In this document: positions 32,958-34,348 of the stretch, piece after piece
Position numbering within the stretch: position 1 is the first letter of the stretch
Layout: every line of letters starts with the position of its first letter
From: a virus
Length of the DNA: 34,348 bases
Direction: 5' to 3' (one strand)
IMG/VR virus record: IMGVR_UViG_3300030385_001109
Span: 1 to 34,348 of that record
Position numbers and translations under genes: made by a program
Notes under the pieces: generated by a model
Told to the model about the DNA's origin: nothing
Databases searched by the model: none
The model's input: only the letters and a program-made list of their open reading frames with translations

Positions 32958-32980
32958 ATCAAGTAGGGTTAATTTAGTAT
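32952..32980 (+). promoter_or_regulatory. rightward promoter TTGCAA-17-TAGTAT
   Basis: -35 at 32952-32957 and -10 at 32975-32980. The -10 hexamer is the same as in the leftward promoter. Confidence 0.55.
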
Positions 32981-33009
32981 CTATTCAACTTAAACAATAA
33001 GGCATTAAA

Positions 33010-33213
33010 ATGAACCTACCTCAGATAGTGAAAAAAGCAATGATCGACAACGATATAACAACAATGACAGAGTTAGCATATAAGGCGCGTACAACTCACT
33101 TCAAGGTTAGCGGATTCTTGAACGGTGATGAGAGCATTAAGCTTGTAGATTTAAAGTCCATACTTGATGTGCTTGGTTTAAAAGTTAAGTTTGTTGATAA
33201 AGGTGAATTATAA
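33010..33213 (+). CDS. XRE/Cro-like HTH regulator (67 aa)
   Basis: ITTMTELAYKARTTHFKVSGFLNG is HTH-like; first gene after the rightward promoter. Confidence 0.55.
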   Translation: MNLPQIVKKAMIDNDITTMTELAYKARTTHFKVSGFLNGDESIKLVDLKSILDVLGLKVKFVDKGEL

Positions 33214-33443
33214 TGAGCATACTAACTTACAGACCATCCGAGCTAATGAATACACGTTACAAAGCTAGTGAAGCTAAAAACACAGGTGATAACTTAACGC
33301 ATTCAAATAGTAATCTACACTCTTCACACGGTGCAGCATTTCAAGCTGTTAGTAATATCAACTCTGACAATGAAATGATAAAAGCCTCTGCTGATGTTGA
33401 CAGCATGGATTACTTCAATGAGCTACTAAAAGACTGCCACTAA
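33213..33443 (+). CDS. hypothetical protein (76 aa)
   Basis: TAATG overlap with the upstream gene. Confidence 0.5.
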   Translation: MSILTYRPSELMNTRYKASEAKNTGDNLTHSNSNLHSSHGAAFQAVSNINSDNEMIKASADVDSMDYFNELLKDCH

Positions 33444-33464
33444 ACTCAACATTTATAATTAAAA

Positions 33465-33486
33465 GCCTCTTAACTGAGGTTTTTTT
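33465..33486 (+). terminator. intrinsic terminator (GCCTC-ttaact-GAGGT + TTTTTT)
   Basis: Stem-loop followed by a T6 run, 22 nt after the stop at 33443. Confidence 0.6.
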
Positions 33487-33504
33487 GTGTTCAATTTTAA
33501 GTAT

Positions 33505-33528
33505 AAAAAAGGCCGCAATATTGCGGCC
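33505..33528 (-). terminator. intrinsic terminator of the replication operon (GGCCGCAATATTGCGGCC + U tract on minus strand)
   Basis: Perfect 18-nt palindrome preceded by A6 on the plus strand, 25 nt beyond the stop at 33553. Confidence 0.7.
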
Positions 33529-33552
33529 ACTCATCTAAAAGGTTGCGTACAC

Positions 33553-34348
33553 TTAATTAAATACTTCGCAACTTTCACTACATGAATTTGTATCAATCAT
33601 TTTTGACCCCTTTATTCTTGCTTTTATCTCTGTACCTGTTGAGCCGTCAAACTTAGCTATTAAGCTTTCTAGCGATTGCTTGCCTCTGTACATGATAGAT
33701 GATGCAGCTTTACCGTAAAGCTCCCAGTTTTTATTTTTACTAGTAAATAAATTGTCATTGTATTCTTTTATTTTTAAACTGACCTTTACACTTGGATTTA
33801 AAGGTGACTTGTAATGCTTTATACCTTTACTTTTCATGTAAGCTATCGTTCTGGTAGGAACTAACCTGACGCTTGCATCGCTAATGCTTTCTAGCCAGTT
33901 AATATATGATCCTGGCGAGTCTCTTTGTGACGCTGCAAGTTTTAAGTTTGATTTTTTAGGGCAAAATTCACAATTACCCGACCACTCATCTAAATCTAAA
34001 TCAAATGGCGCTTTAGACCACCAACTCAAAACATCTTGTTTATCAAAGTCCGATATTTCCGCCATGTACTTAATGAAGGGTTTTGGTGTCAGTCTTTTTG
34101 GCTCGTCTTCACGTATACCTAACCACGTTTCATGATTATTTTTTCCGTAAACGTCATCACAGTATTTTTTAAACGGTCTAAGCTTCATGCGGTCAGTACA
34201 AAACATACCCCCAATATACGGAACACCATACTTTTCAATCATACCTTTAAATGGTATCAGATCTGGCTTCAAGCTACTTATACCAACGACTTTATAGCCA
34301 ACACCAGCACCAAGAGGCAAAGAAAAATCACCGCGCAAACATATAAGA
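33553..34348 (-). CDS. PP-loop ATP-pyrophosphatase / PAPS-reductase-family protein, C-terminal part (start lies at window position 269)
   Basis: In frame with 1..269 across the 99-nt overlap. Contains GIREDEP, GNCEFCPKK and a C-terminal CSESCEVFN. Confidence 0.8.
   Translation of the reverse strand, partial: LICLRGDFSLPLGAGVGYKVVGISSLKPDLIPFKGMIEKYGVPYIGGMFCTDRMKLRPFKKYCDDVYGKNNHETWLGIREDEPKRLTPKPFIKYMAEISDFDKQDVLSWWSKAPFDLDLDEWSGNCEFCPKKSNLKLAASQRDSPGSYINWLESISDASVRLVPTRTIAYMKSKGIKHYKSPLNPSVKVSLKIKEYNDNLFTSKNKNWELYGKAASSIMYRGKQSLESLIAKFDGSTGTEIKARIKGSKMIDTNSCSESCEVFN
34250..34348. repeat. Terminal direct repeat, copy 2
   Basis: Identical to nt 1-99. Confidence 0.95.

Noticed and set aside
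1-34348. tRNA genes, CRISPR arrays, integrase/attP, toxin-antitoxin pairs
   Set aside because: All intergenic gaps are under about 300 nt and none shows tRNA-like arms or a GTTCRANYC T-loop. There are no regularly spaced repeats. No tyrosine or serine recombinase-like ORF is present. The lone RHH gene has no adjacent toxin-sized partner.

Overview
The window is a complete, end-closed genome of a tailed dsDNA phage. Nt 1-99 are identical to nt 34250-34348, so the unique length is 34,249 bp and one gene is split across the window ends. G+C is low, roughly 40% from hand counts of a few lines. The head and neck genes follow the P22 order on the minus strand: TerS, a free-standing HNH endonuclease, TerL, portal, scaffold, coat, gp4-like adaptor and gp10-like protein. 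These are followed by a tail fibre, a GNAT-fold protein, three large putative ejection/internal virion proteins and a beta-helix tailspike. Upstream on the same strand are an ERF / DUF1351-like / SSB-like recombination module, a run of small genes (many zinc-ribbon-like) and a lytic-transglycosylase endolysin. A second leftward operon carries an RHH regulator, a replication initiator, DnaB and a PP-loop/PAPS-reductase-family enzyme. Two rightward accessory operons (3.3-5.5 kb and 6.0-8.3 kb) carry three tandem HTH proteins, unknowns, terminator-flanked mini-cassettes and a NinG/Rap-like nuclease. I see no integrase, CI-type repressor, DNA or RNA polymerase, tRNA, CRISPR array or reverse transcriptase. 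The best candidates for something undescribed are: (1) acyltransferase-fold elements in the virion/ejection module, namely a free-standing AT-rich GNAT gene and a GNAT-like core inside the 895-aa ejection protein; (2) an S74 autoproteolytic chaperone domain on a Q/G-rich protein in the same module; (3) the immediate-early operon of an unknown 238-aa protein plus three HTH proteins with a repeated 21-nt leader; (4) the lone PP-loop enzyme at the end of the replication operon. All family assignments rest on motifs I recognise by eye, not on searches.
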